A DNA stretch of 64,000 nt from Octopus sinensis (Eukaryota), in contig NC_043009.1 in assembly GCF_006345805.1 (NCBI RefSeq), forward strand, positions 11,408,001 to 11,472,000, in the 5' to 3' direction. The notes under the pieces were generated by a model. That model had not been told where the DNA came from, made no database searches, and worked only from the letters and a program-made list of their open reading frames with translations. Positions 1 to 12,492 of this stretch are shown one piece after another; position 1 is the first letter of the stretch, and every line of letters starts with the position of its first letter. A program made the position numbers and the translations under genes.

Positions 1-1792
1 TTATTGAGAAAATTATATAGTTTGTAAGATATTTGTTGGTTTTTTTTCTTCAATTTCTGCAATTTCAACCAATCAAATACGTCTGTTAAGGTTAAAAAAA
101 CATTCTGTGCCGTATGAATATGTCCCTCCTTTAAGAATCAGATTGGGTTTATTTACATTTGTGAAGAAAAAAAGATACCCTTCCCCTACCCCTACCCCTA
201 ACCCTAAACAGATTGAAATTCAATTGATCGATACTAGGGTCATAATTATGGGTGACAATTTCATATGACACCGCTAGAAAAAACTGCCGTTCAAACCGAG
301 AAGATCCCATATGTCTACTAAATCATGACTGGTATAGGTGTAAACCACAAGAAAGGCGTGAAATTAATGTTGATTAGACAAACAGAACCTTACCCATAAA
401 ATATATATGGCGTAAATTCACTCTAACGAGGCAACCTAAAAGACAAAATTTCATTTCTGAAATATGAGGATGCACGCACTTGATTTCATGATACTCGTCA
501 CAAAACTGAATCCAATCAACTATTTTAATATAGAATAATATATAAAATAATATATGCGTGTCTGTGTGTGTCTGTGTGTATATGTGTTTGTAAGTGATTA
601 TGTGTGTGTGTAAGTGCTTATGTGAGTGTATGTGCTTACGTGTGTGTATGTAAATGATTATGAGTATGTACGTATTTTACTTGTATACCTGAATCACACA
701 TTGATATTTCACTACTAATTGTGTTTTAAATTCATTACAGAATTCTTAATTTTTTCGATTTCTTTTGAGATTTGCACAATTTAATCTATCTTTTCACTCG
801 GTCTAAGAAAATGTCAAATTTATATCGAAAGATCAAATCCGATTATTTTCGTTTACTTCTATTTTTTAATTATTACATTATTTATTTTAACATCATATAA
901 AAATTCCTTAGCAATTTCAAGATAAAAAAAAAACATTAAAAATAATAATTCACCTTTGACAACGGATGACGTCATTTATACTCAATTGTACTGGAATGCG
1001 TGCTGGTGAACAACGAAATTAGATGGTGTAGCAAATATACTTAGGAGCGAGGTAATAGCTATAGCTTCATTTTATAGAATATATAGTTACATACGTTGAT
1101 GAGATTCAATAGCTGTTTTAATGTGATAATTACCAAACAGAAATTGGTTTAAACAGAATGGAAAATTGGTTTAAGTTGGAGATTCTATGATGACTTAGAA
1201 CAGAATCTTATATCTACGTTAGAAAATATAGTCGATAAACGGCTACCCGTTTTAAATTAGTAAAAAATAATAAGTTTAAACATATAATGAGTTTTAAATA
1301 ATATAGTTGTTAATAAGACGTTAAATGTTCGAAGATACTGCAGGTGGGTTGTATTCTGTTCTTTCAATTTGCAATTTCTAAAGTCAATAAACTTGAACAA
1401 TTTTAAATGAGCAAATACCAAATTCAACAATATCTGAAAAACATTCCAATACATTATAGCATTCGTGCACCTAAGTGCACCTAGCAGTTAACCAATAATT
1501 TGTTTTGAAAATCAAATTCTTTTAATTACTAGTGAGGGTTTAAAATTAATTTCTGTTCAACATAGCGTCAGATTTTTTAATGAATAATATAAATGAGAAA
1601 TTGGGCTGCGCATTTATTCTCCTGGAATGTTTGCTCGGATGCAAAAGACGATTTGATTGTCTGTAACGTCCACAATTGCAATTGTTTCGCCACATATGTT
1701 TCTCTGAATTAATGTTTTAGAGGAGCTATCAATGACTTAGCAAAAGCCGAGTTCTTTTGCTAAAACATTAAATTTGTAAAATAAAACTGCAT

Positions 1793-2050
1793 GTTGTATT
1801 CTTGAGCAACACATTTTATTTCACCGTTTCTTCCGTTCACTCAGCTGTAGAAATGAGTTGTGACGTCACAGGTGCCAAGGTGTATCGGCCCCTTTGCCTT
1901 TCCCTTGGATAACACTGGTGGCGTGAAGAGGGGAGGCTGGTATGCATGGTCGATTGCTGGTCTTCCATAAACAACCTTATCCAGATTTGTAACTGGGAAG
2001 GTAACTTTCTAGGTGCAATCTGATGGTGAGTCATGACCAAAGGGGGTCTC
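1793..2050 (+). mobile_element. Headless CORE-type SINE body with a third 3' tail (working label E)
   Basis: TTGAGCAACACATTTTATTTCAC...TTCACTCAGCTGTAGAAATGAGT matches the central segment of the family D copies. It is followed by a distinct GC-rich tail (GGGGAGGCTGGTATGCATGG...TCATGACCAAAGGGGGTC). Confidence 0.6.
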
Positions 2051-2052
2051 AG

Positions 2053-2159
<107 letters not shown>

Positions 2160-2284
2160 CAGGACTGACCACTAAAAATTCCTCTAAATTTTGTATGTAA
2201 AACAAATTTTTAATCATCGGGTTTTTTTTCAATATGGTAGGCCACTGGTTTTAATTGATTAATATCAATTTCTACCCTTATTTA

Positions 2285-2319
<35 letters not shown>

Positions 2320-2345
2320 GTGTGTGTGTGTGCGTGTGTGTGTAA

Positions 2346-2719
2346 TCTTTTACTCTTTTACTTGTTTCAGTCATTTGACTGCAGACATGCTGGAGTACCG
2401 CTAGGACTTATTCTCTGTAAGCCTAGTACTTGTTCTATCGGTTCATTTTGACGGACCTCTTGTTACGGGGACATAAACACGACAGCATCGGTGGTCAAGC
2501 TCCGTTGTGGGGAAAAGAGACACACAAACATGTACACACACATACATATATATATATATATACCCATATATACGACGGTCTTCTTTCATTTTCCGTCTAG
2601 CAAATCCACTCACAAGGCATTGGTCGGCTCGAGGATATAGAAGACACTTGCCCAAGGTGCCACGCAGTGGGATTGAACCCGGAACTATGTGGTTGGCAAG
2701 CAAGCTACTTACCACACAG

Positions 2720-2723
<4 letters not shown>
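2346..2723 (-). mobile_element. tRNA-derived SINE, family A
   Basis: Reverse complement gives an A-box-like GTGGCTGTGTGG and B-box-like GGTTCAATCCC, an internal (TA)/(TG) tract, and a ...CAGTCAAATGACTGAAACAAGTAAAAGAGTAAAAGA tail. More than 10 similar copies occur in the window. Confidence 0.9.
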
Positions 2724-2763
<40 letters not shown>

Positions 2764-3061
2764 ACATACACACAGACTCACACACACACACATACATACA
2801 TATATATATAATTATTTTGTGGAATGGTGGAAGTCAAAGCAGATGAAGCTATAAAAAACAGCATGAACATATATCCCACTGGCAGCCTACGGTTTTCCTC
2901 TCCAAGGGGTTTTTAACACATTTTCACGCCGTTATTTATAGTTTTATGTCCTTTGATGTTTACCTCACTTTCTTCCGAATTTACTAAATTATTATGACGT
3001 CTACAATGTGTGCGTATGTGTGTGTGTGTTCGTGCAAGTGTGTGTGTGCGCGCGTATATTT

Positions 3062-3433
3062 AGGAGTGGCTGTGTGGTAAGTAGCTTGCTTACGAACCAC
3101 ACGCTTCCGGGTTCAGTGGCACCTTGAGCAAGTGTCTTCTACTATAGCGTTGAGCCGACCAAAGCCTTGTGAGTGGATTTGGTAAACGGAAACTGAAAGA
3201 AGCCCATCCTATATATGGATATATATGTGTGTGTTTGTGTGTCTGTGTTTGTCCCCCCAGCATCGCTTGACACTCGATGCTGGTGTGTATAGGTCCCCGT
3301 AACCTAGCGGTTCGGCAAAAGAGACCGATAGAATAATTACTAGGCTTACAAAGAACAAATCCTTGGGTCGATTTGCTCGACTAAAGGCAGTCCTCCAGTA
3401 TAGCCACAGTAAATGACTGAAACAAGTAAAAGA
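3062..3433 (+). mobile_element. tRNA-derived SINE, family A
   Basis: AGGAGTGGCTGTGTGGTAAGTAGCTTGC...GACTGAAACAAGTAAAAGA, with a small deletion after the B box. Confidence 0.9.
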
Positions 3434-4619
3434 TATATATATATATTTGTATATATGTATATATGCATATACATGTGGATCAATGTGCGTTTTTAAGAAA
3501 GTAGGGTTTCATTTTTACAAGATGTTACCATTTCTAGCAAGCGATTAAGTAAATATCCTACGTTGGTTCACAAAAATCAAAATTCCTTAAGCTCAGGTGT
3601 CTCTAGCTATAATGGCAACATCGGACTACAGACTGTTGCTTTTCAATTGTTTCACCGCACACCGATTTCACACTGACCAATGATAGCAAACCTATCATAG
3701 TGGGCATTCCAGCCATGGTCATTCCACATATTATGTTCCACGTATAAAGGTCTCTTTTTTTTTAATTCCGTAGGGTAAAATTTGAGAGAAAATTTAGTTA
3801 TTCATTCTAGTGGGATAAGCCAGATAACCACTGCATGGTGGTTCATTCCTTCATTTTACTGTATAAATGTGTAGGATTTAAACACTGATGAAAATTCGAC
3901 TTTAAATATGACAGATGTAATTTAAGAGCTAAACTAAAAGCTATTTATTTACCAATGATTGTTTTAAAGCTTTATAACTTTCCTCCCACTCACCCCCATA
4001 CAATATACATTCATACACAAACAAAGAAACACACGCACATTCTGTTATCGAGATATCTGTTTAAACAGAACTTGCTGCAAGTGTTGACAGAGTCTGACAA
4101 GAATGTTTACATAGTGCTTCCTTCTTATACACTGCGCCTCTGGGCCTTTCACTCCCTCTCTCTTCCTGGCTTTCCATGTCTCACTTCTCTACGTTTTTTC
4201 CCTTTCGCCTACATCTTCTCTTCCTTCCCCACTCTTTATCCAATCCCGTGACTTATAATTATCAATTATTTTTATGAGTTTCAGATTATGATGCTCACTC
4301 TCTCCCTCTCTTTCTCCCTCACTTTCTCAGCTCTTGCCCCCTTGCATTTCCATGTTTTTGCTTTCTTTTTTTTATATATCTTAACCTGCGTTATCTTCTT
4401 TCTCTTATATTCTTATATTTTCTTATTCTCGCTTCCATATTCTTATTTTGCCAACCGATTTATATCTTTTGTTGACCTTGCCTTCCTTTCTATTTGTATG
4501 TAGATTAACTACATTTCTCGATATATAATTAAGTCTTCTCTCCACTTTTGCTCTCTCTCTTCTCTCTCTCTCTTTGTTTCTCTTTCTTTCCTTCTTTCTC
4601 TTTTCTCTCTCTTTCTCTC

Positions 4620-4656
4620 GCTGTATGTCTATCTGTCTATCTATTTATCTATTTAC

Positions 4657-4690
<34 letters not shown>

Positions 4691-4691
4691 G

Positions 4692-4726
<35 letters not shown>

Positions 4727-4799
4727 CTCCCTCTCTCTCTCCCTCTCTCTCTATCTATATATCTATCTAACTATCTATCTATCTCTCCCTCTCTCTCTA

Positions 4800-4852
<53 letters not shown>

Positions 4853-5120
4853 GTCTACCTATCTATCTATCTATCTATCTATCTATCTGTCTATCTATCT
4901 GTCCATCTATCTATCTATCTAGCTATCTATCTATCTATCTATATATCTATCTATAGATCTAACTAACTAATTATCTATCTAACTATCTATCTATCTATAT
5001 CTATCTATCTATCTATCTGTCTATCTATCTAACTATCTATCTATCTATCTGTCTATCTCTCTGTCTGTCTGCCTGTCTATATATCTATCTATTTATCTAT
5101 CTATCAATCTATCTATCTCT
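4620..5120. repeat. (TATC)n/(TC)n compound microsatellite
   Basis: Direct reading; it generates the YLSI-repeat ORFs. Confidence 0.95.
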
Positions 5121-5936
5121 CCCTCCATCTTTTATGCTTGTTACCTGTGTCTTTTTCACTCTCTTTCAGCGTGTATATATATATATATATACGTATGCAT
5201 GTATAACCACACACATACACCCACGCACACACCTACAGCTATACTTACATAAAATGAGGGAGAGAAAAGAGGGAATGAGTGCGAGAATATTCTCAAGAGA
5301 TGTTTACGTTACCATGTTTCCCTTAGCAATGAATATTGTACGCTACTCGTTCAATATTCAACTCACTCCTGCAAAATCTTATTCTGACAATGTAGACACT
5401 TGTACTACTGTAATATCTAAACATGGAATACTGTATTATTTAAACATGTAACTCTATACACCATAGAAACATGTTAACTATGTCAGCTAAGCATGCATAC
5501 CTTAATATCAAATATACATTTTCGAGTGACATAAGGCTTCAGATTTTGCTATTAGAATCTCATCTTGTATCATTTGTCGACTCTGGAAACATTAAAAGAC
5601 AATCAAACCTATCTCTGGTGTGAATTGGTGTTCTAAACAGGATCAGTGTTCTAAATTTGATACTACAAAATGCTTGCATTTAATAAACAATGCAAAACAG
5701 GATTGTTATTGTGGTATCCAACTTGGCAGTCTCATGATCTCACTTTCTGCTACGAGTACCTGGAACATTCATGGAGAAACAGCGGCCCTCAAGACTTTCT
5801 GGAAGGCACAACTAAACGGAAAATTACCTTGATTTTATTCTTAGTAGTGCGACCCACCTCATGATGTGTCATGTCTCCTGTGGCCCGCTTCTCGGAAAAG
5901 ACCATGCTAGGTCCAAGATGTCATGCAGACTATATT

Positions 5937-6345
5937 CTCTTTACTCCTTTACTCTTTTACTTGTTTCAGTCATCTGACTGCGGCCATGCTGGAGCACCAG
6001 CTTTAGTCGAGCAAATCGACCCCGGGACTTATTCTCTGTAAGCCCAGTACTTATTCTATCGGTCTCTTTTGCCGAACCGCTAAGTGACGGGGACGTAAAC
6101 ACACCAGCATCGGTTGTCACGCAATGCTAGGGGGACAAACACAGACACAAAAACACATACACACACTCACACACATATATATACATATATACGACAGGCT
6201 TCTTTCAGTTTCCGTCTACCAAATCCACTCACAAGGCATTGGTCGGCCCGGGGCTATAGCAGAAGACATTTTCCCAAGGTGCCACGCAGTGGGACTGAAC
6301 CATGTGGTTGGTTAGCAAGCTACTTACCACACAGCCACTCCTGCG
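5937..6345 (-). mobile_element. tRNA-derived SINE, family A (full length)
   Basis: Same head, body and (TAAAAGAG)n tail as the other A copies. Confidence 0.9.
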
Positions 6346-6420
6346 TTCTTATATAAAATAATAGAGTACATAATTTGGGAGTGATTTCGTTACTATTTAT
6401 AGCAAATTTGGCGGCCATAG

Positions 6421-6708
6421 CTGGGTTTCAAGGGCCCACAGCTGTTTAACTGTCTGCCGAAGCATCTGAGGAGCCTCCATGGAGTTAATGTAGACGTTTT
6501 CAAACGTGAACTTTACCTCTGGCTCGCTGAGATACCAGATGAGCCAATATCTAAGCAAGAAACTCAAAAGAGGGCAGTAGCATCGAACTCCATCCTTCAC
6601 CAAAAGCCGCTCTGATAAAGGTGGAAAGTGGAAAGATGATTACAATGGCGGTACCCCAGCATGGCTACAGTCTTTGGACTGAAACATATAAAAGAATAAA
6701 AGAATAAG
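6421..6708 (+). mobile_element. 3' end of a CR1-like LINE (ORF2 C-terminus, 3'UTR and simple-repeat tail)
   Basis: 6421-6615 translates as LGFKGPQLFNCLPKHLRSLHGVNVDVFKRELYLWLAEIPDEPISKQETQKRAVASNSILHQKPL*. This fits the LFNxLP...FKxxLDxxLxxxPDEP...SNS end of CR1-clade ORF2. It ends in a (TAAAAGAA)n tail. Confidence 0.75.
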
Positions 6709-6808
6709 AAGCTCCTTCTTGGCCCATATATTAATTAATAAAGTGAAAGGAGAATGTTTGATGCTCAAGTTTTATCAAATGTCTAAATGTTATCATAAAA
6801 GCTATTAA

Positions 6809-7020
6809 GGTGGCTAGCTGTAAAAACCATTAGCACGTTGGGCGAAATGCTTAGCGGCATTTCATCCGCCCCTATGTTCTGAGTTCAAATTCCGTTGGGG
6901 TTGACTTTGCCTTTCATCCTTTCGGGGTTTATAAAATAAGTACCATTTGAACACTGGAAGCGATATAACCGTCTTAAACTCTCCTCCAAAATTGGTGGCC
7001 TTGTGCCAAATTTTGAAACC
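6809..7020 (+). mobile_element. tRNA-derived SINE, family B (older subfamily)
   Basis: B box GAGTTCAAATT, central GACTTTGCCTTTCATCCTTTCGGGG motif, and old-type tail GGCCTTGTGCCAAATTTTGAAACC. Confidence 0.8.
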
Positions 7021-7348
7021 ACTTTTATAAAAGCTATTTATACTTGTACTAAGGCAAATAAATATAGTTAACTTTTCGTGATTAAAAGTAACCAGTAGCA
7101 GGTCTTCAGCTCCATTGATTTCGTTCGGGTGGGAACCATCGATTATAGGTTATATCGATCTCGGTTGTAAAATCCTCTTATTTTATCGACCCTTGAAAGA
7201 AAGAAAGCAAGGCCAATACGGCAAAGTTTGGACTCAGACCCATAACTAAATATCGCAAGGCTCTATTGATTCTTCCGCGACATCATTCTAATTTTATTAC
7301 ACACACACGCATATATATATATATATATATGCGTCGTATAGCCAGTCG

Positions 7349-7384
<36 letters not shown>

Positions 7385-7389
<5 letters not shown>

Positions 7390-8684
7390 TAATAAATAAA
7401 ATAAAACATATGCATATATATAAACATATATGTACGTACCTACCGCTACATGTACATATACACGCATATATGAGTACAGGACACCAAAAAGGACGTCGAA
7501 CACAATGAGAAACGAAGACATAGACACAAACCAAAGGAACTGGACATTTATTAAAAACAGCAAAAAAATAGAATACAGGACAATTAACACAAGGAAAAAC
7601 CTCTTCTTCAGTCGCTAAAGCTTTCATCTACTCTACGTTTCGAAGGATAAAAGCGAGACGTATCTTCGACAAGAAAACTTTCCTTCCTGCGAAAAGCAAA
7701 TCAATTAAAATTCTGAGATCTTTTCGCAGAGGGATAAAAATAGTAACAACAGGACAGTAATGACAGTGCAAATTATAAACAGTATAAGACAGGACAAGGA
7801 AAACAAGATAAGAAGGGTATTGACGCCGAACGAAAAAAGGTATTGCAACCGCAGAATTTTTTATGGACGACGAGCGGAGGAAAAAGAGTGTCGTCCATTA
7901 CCTTGAAAGAGCCAGGCGAGAGAGGCAGCAGCGGAAGTGACGTCGCGGATGAACGACGGGAAGGCGGAAGTCACGTCGCGAGTGAAAGACGGGAAGGGGG
8001 GAGGAGGAGCAAGAGAAAGGGAGAGGAGAAGGGGAATGGCTGCGAGGAAACCAAGAAGAATGGAGATGGGGAGAGAGAGAGTGAAGAATGAGAGAGAGGA
8101 AGAGACAGGTTAAGTAGAGGAAAAGGAAAACAAAGAATGAAGGCTGAGAAAGGGATGGGACAGAAAGGTTAAGAGTGCGCGTGAGAGTTAATATCAAGAA
8201 CAAAAACTTGATATAAAGAACAAGTTTAATTAAGGGGGTGCGTGCGTTTCATCATATAATATATTAATAAATAAAATAAAACATATGCATATATATAAAC
8301 ACATATGTACGTACCTACCTCTACATGTACATATACACACATATATGAGTACAGGACACCAAAAGGACGTCGAACACAATGAGAAACGAAAACATAGACA
8401 CAAACCAAAGGAACTGGACATTTATTAAAAACAGCAAAAAAATATAATACAGGACAATTAACACAAGGAAAAACCCCTTCTCCAGTCGCTAAAGCTTTCA
8501 TCTACTCTACGTTTCGAAGGATAAAAGCGAGACGTATCTTCGACAAGAAAACTTTCCTTCCTGCGAAAAGCAAATCAATTAAAATTCTGAGATCTTTTCG
8601 CAGAGGGATAAAAAATAGTAACAACAGGACAGTAACGATAGTGCAAATTGTAAACAGTATAAGACAGGATAAGGAAAACAAGAT
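7385..8684 (-). mobile_element. Partially tandem non-autonomous repeat (family F; Penelope-like by architecture), about 1.5 units, period 874 bp
   Basis: 8250-8684 repeats 7385-7820 at high identity, and a homologous copy lies at 30905-31982. There is no ORF. Strand is assigned from the CTGAAGA/CGAAACGT-bearing strand. Confidence 0.65.
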
Positions 8685-8694
8685 ATATATACAT

Positions 8695-8836
8695 ATATAC
8701 GACGGGCTTCTTTCAGCCGACTTGGTCGGCCCGAGGCTATAGTAGAAATCTGTTGTCCAAAGTGCCACGCTGTGAGACTGAACCCGGAACCATGTGGTTG
8801 ATAAGCAACTACTTACCACACAGCCACTCCTGCGCC
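8695..8836 (-). mobile_element. Family A SINE, 5' half
   Basis: tRNA-like head and left arm with an internal deletion. Confidence 0.85.
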
Positions 8837-8843
8837 TATATAT

Positions 8844-8973
<130 letters not shown>

Positions 8974-8979
8974 CATATA

Positions 8980-9012
<33 letters not shown>

Positions 9013-10384
9013 GCGTGTGTTGTGTGTGTGTGTGTGTTAAATATGTGTGTGTATTATATATAAATACATGTTATATTTGTGTGTTGTGTGTGTATATTAT
9101 ATGTGTGTGCGTTGTGTGTGTGTATGTTCTGTATGTGTGTGTGTTGTGTGTTGTGTGTTTGTATATTATGTGTGTGTGTGTGTATGTGTGTATGGGGGTG
9201 GGGGGTCAGATATGTGTGTGTGAGTGTGTGGTGTGTGTGTGTGTGATGTGTGTGTGTGTGTGTGTATGTGTTGTAGTATGTATGTATGGCCCGCACACAC
9301 GCGTAGACGCGCACGGGCGGACACGCATATATACACACACCATCCTACCCCAAAAAAATTCTTTAAACAACACACATCTATTTTCACCACCCTGAAACCA
9401 TTCAAAAACAGCCCCCCCTCACACACGCAGACGCTTGTATACGTGTGTGTGCACGCACACTCACACCAGCCTCACCTCCATACAGGCACATATATACACA
9501 CACACAGCACCATGTCAGATGCCATCCACACTCATGCATGCGTACCCACGCACGCACGCGCACACACAACACCATGACAACCACACACACTTGACAAACA
9601 GACGCCATCTGACCAAATACTACAGGCACACAGACACATCTATTCACGCACACGCAGAGAGACACACATACTCACCTCATGCTAACCCCAAAATCATTGA
9701 TGCTTGAAGGAAAGCCATAAACAGAAAAAAACGGGTACATTTTTCTCAATTCAACATTTCTGCTAAAACGGACAGGTTAGTAAACAAACTCGCCTTGAAT
9801 TCATAATATTCTGTACTGACCCTGAGATGTATAATATATTCATTTTAATAATTTTTCTGCCAATTTTTCAAATATTCTCACCATACTGTTGTACTATGTC
9901 CTTTTTACCAAAGACTGTATATATACATGTAATGTGACAATTTGCAACAACCAATAATTAACGCAACCAAAACTTCCAATAATATATTTGTCTTATTCTT
10001 TTCTGCCCCTTTTTTTCAAATATTCTCATCACACTGTTGAACTTCTTTATGCCCTTAACATGTCCCTGTTACCAAAGACTATATATATACATGTAATGTG
10101 GCAATTATATAAAAAAACTTTTTTGAATTCATAATATTCTATGTTACTTTTGACAATCTTTTTCCAAAGAGTGAAACCGGTTAAGTAAATAAACATCTTT
10201 TAAATTGCATTTTCAAAACTTCTTTCGTATATATATATATATATACACACACATATAGCCTTAAGAGATATCCTGAGTTCCTTTAGAAATACTTTATGCA
10301 TATGACATATTTATTTGTTGCTTTCTAAGTTTGAATTGATACGGGTAGTACCAAAATTAAATCCGCTTCAGGCAAAGTGTTGGA

Positions 10385-10620
10385 GGCTTCAGGTTTAGTG
10401 GTTAGGGTGTTTGCCTCATGATCGTAAGATTTTGGTGTCGATTCCGGGACCAGGCGATGCGTTGTGTTTTTGATCAAAAACACCTCATTTCACATTGTGT
10501 CAGTCCACTCAGCTGGTAAATCCTGCAACGGACTGGCATCCCGTCCACATGGGATATATATATGCCATGGAAACTTGGACAACCAGCCCTATAAATCTAT
10601 ATGACTTGGGAAGGGATTTA
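10385..10620 (+). mobile_element. Diverged CORE-type tRNA SINE (family D)
   Basis: TTTAGTGGTTAGGGTG...CACCTCATTTCACATTGTGTCAGTCCACTCAGCTGG...GGACTGGCATCCCGTCC aligns by eye with 18994-19242. Confidence 0.65.
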
Positions 10621-11080
10621 CTTGTTTTAATCGACTACAATCGACCACAATTCCCTACCAAGAGTAACGCGACACCCTATAAAACAAGCTTCTGTATTTA
10701 TATATGTTTAGCTTTTTAGACAAACTGGACAGCTTACTGTAATTATTTTCAGTCTTCTAGATCAAGCCTCGGCAAAACTTTTCGAGAGGTGGGCCTCATG
10801 AGATATCTATCATCATCTGCTCGGCCATATTACTGAACAATTAAAGTAAATTTTTTTTGTTTAGGTTTACTATTTAAAAACTTTAGCGGTCTGTATGTGA
10901 CCGCGGACCGCAAGTTGTCCATAACAGTTCTGCATCTTCAGATCGAATTTCGCTGATGTCAAGCTTATTGTCACCATTCAAGGGTAGATAAACTAAGCAC
11001 TAATGTTGCGCTGGAAGTATGCCAATTGATCCTTCATCCCCTTAAAAAAGCAAAGACTGTTTCCATTGTAAGAACATATT

Positions 11081-11293
11081 GGTTTCAAATCTCGACACAA
11101 GGCCAGTAATTTTGGGGAATGAGATAAGTGGATTTCATCGACCCCCACCACTCAACAGGTGCCTTTTTTATCAACTCCCGAAGGATGAAAATTAAAATCG
11201 ACCTCGGCGAAATTTAAACTCAGAACCTACGGACGGCCTAAACACTGCTAAGCATTTTGCCCGGCGTGCAAACGATTCTGTCAGAACGCCGCC
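11081..11293 (-). mobile_element. Family B SINE (older subfamily)
   Basis: Head, B box, central motif and old-type tail on the minus strand. Confidence 0.8.
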
Positions 11294-12336
11294 CTTCATT
11301 ATAAGAATATAATAATTTTATTTCGATATTTTCTTAAATGTTAAATATTAGTATTAATTTTAAATAAGAATATCTCTAACCTGAATGAATCCATATCTTC
11401 TGTCTAGAAGTTATTAATCAAAATAGCATTAAATCAAGTCTAGAAGCAATTAATCATATCATAATTTTTATGACATTGTATAAGTTTGTTCATTCATACT
11501 TATGTTAGTGAAATGCTGTTCAGTGAATACGATCGAAAAAACTTGCAGAAAATAATGAACTTGTCGAAATAATTTTACTGATATCAATTGCGCCAGCGTA
11601 ATTTGTAAATGGCGTGCGCCGTCTTTTTCTGTTTTTCTTTTTTAAAAAATCAATAATTTTCAGTCCAATGTTTTGTAAGAGTTGTAGCAAAAGTGATCAA
11701 CTCGGGGACTGCAACCCATACTTGCTCCAAATGTAGTCGTTTAATTTACTCAACTAATGACACTGGAAAAAAAAAGTATAATCATGATCATGATCAGGAT
11801 GATCACCATCGTCTTCGTCGTCCACGTCGTCATCATCATCACAACTTTGGTTCACCTTGCATTGAAGCCAATAAGGTTTATCTCCATTTATGCAGACTAC
11901 TGGCCATGAAAGGTCAAGCAATTGACTCTGTCGTTGTTTTATGTCATATTTTATTGAATTTTCTATTGAATGCGTTAGTAAAGCTCTTCGATTGCAGTAT
12001 CATAAATATTTAATTTGTCGAAGCACCACTACACAACACTTCATCTTCGCGAAGTGTATCAAGAACACATTAGCGAGACGGAGTTTATCTTTTTGCCAAT
12101 TTATGTCAAGATGATGACTTAGCGATTTTATGGCGCTATTTTGCAGTAGAAATTTGCAGCCAGATGGAGTAAGTGAATTGACAGTCATGTGTTTTCGGTC
12201 AACGACGGCCAGACAACAACGCAATTGCTAATCAATAAAGAGGCTTCTCATCGGTTAAGCGAATGGTTAGAAATAGCAGCTAAATCTCCCGCAAACTTCG
12301 TCTTAAAGGTGAATGCCATAGAAACGTTGGTTTGAA

Positions 12337-12369
<33 letters not shown>

Positions 12370-12431
12370 CAAATATATATATATATATATACATATGTAT
12401 ATATATATATACATATATATATATACATATG

Positions 12432-12492
<61 letters not shown>

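Noticed and set aside
175-210. CCCTAACCCTAA telomere-like sequence (also near 51167)
   Set aside because: Only about two units; more likely part of a small interspersed element.
3062-3125. tRNA genes suggested by A/B boxes in the heads of families A-D
   Set aside because: They lack a proper cloverleaf and acceptor stem and always continue into a SINE body.
9790-10145. Degenerate duplication of about 150 bp
   Set aside because: It is an ordinary old local duplication with no structure or coding signal.
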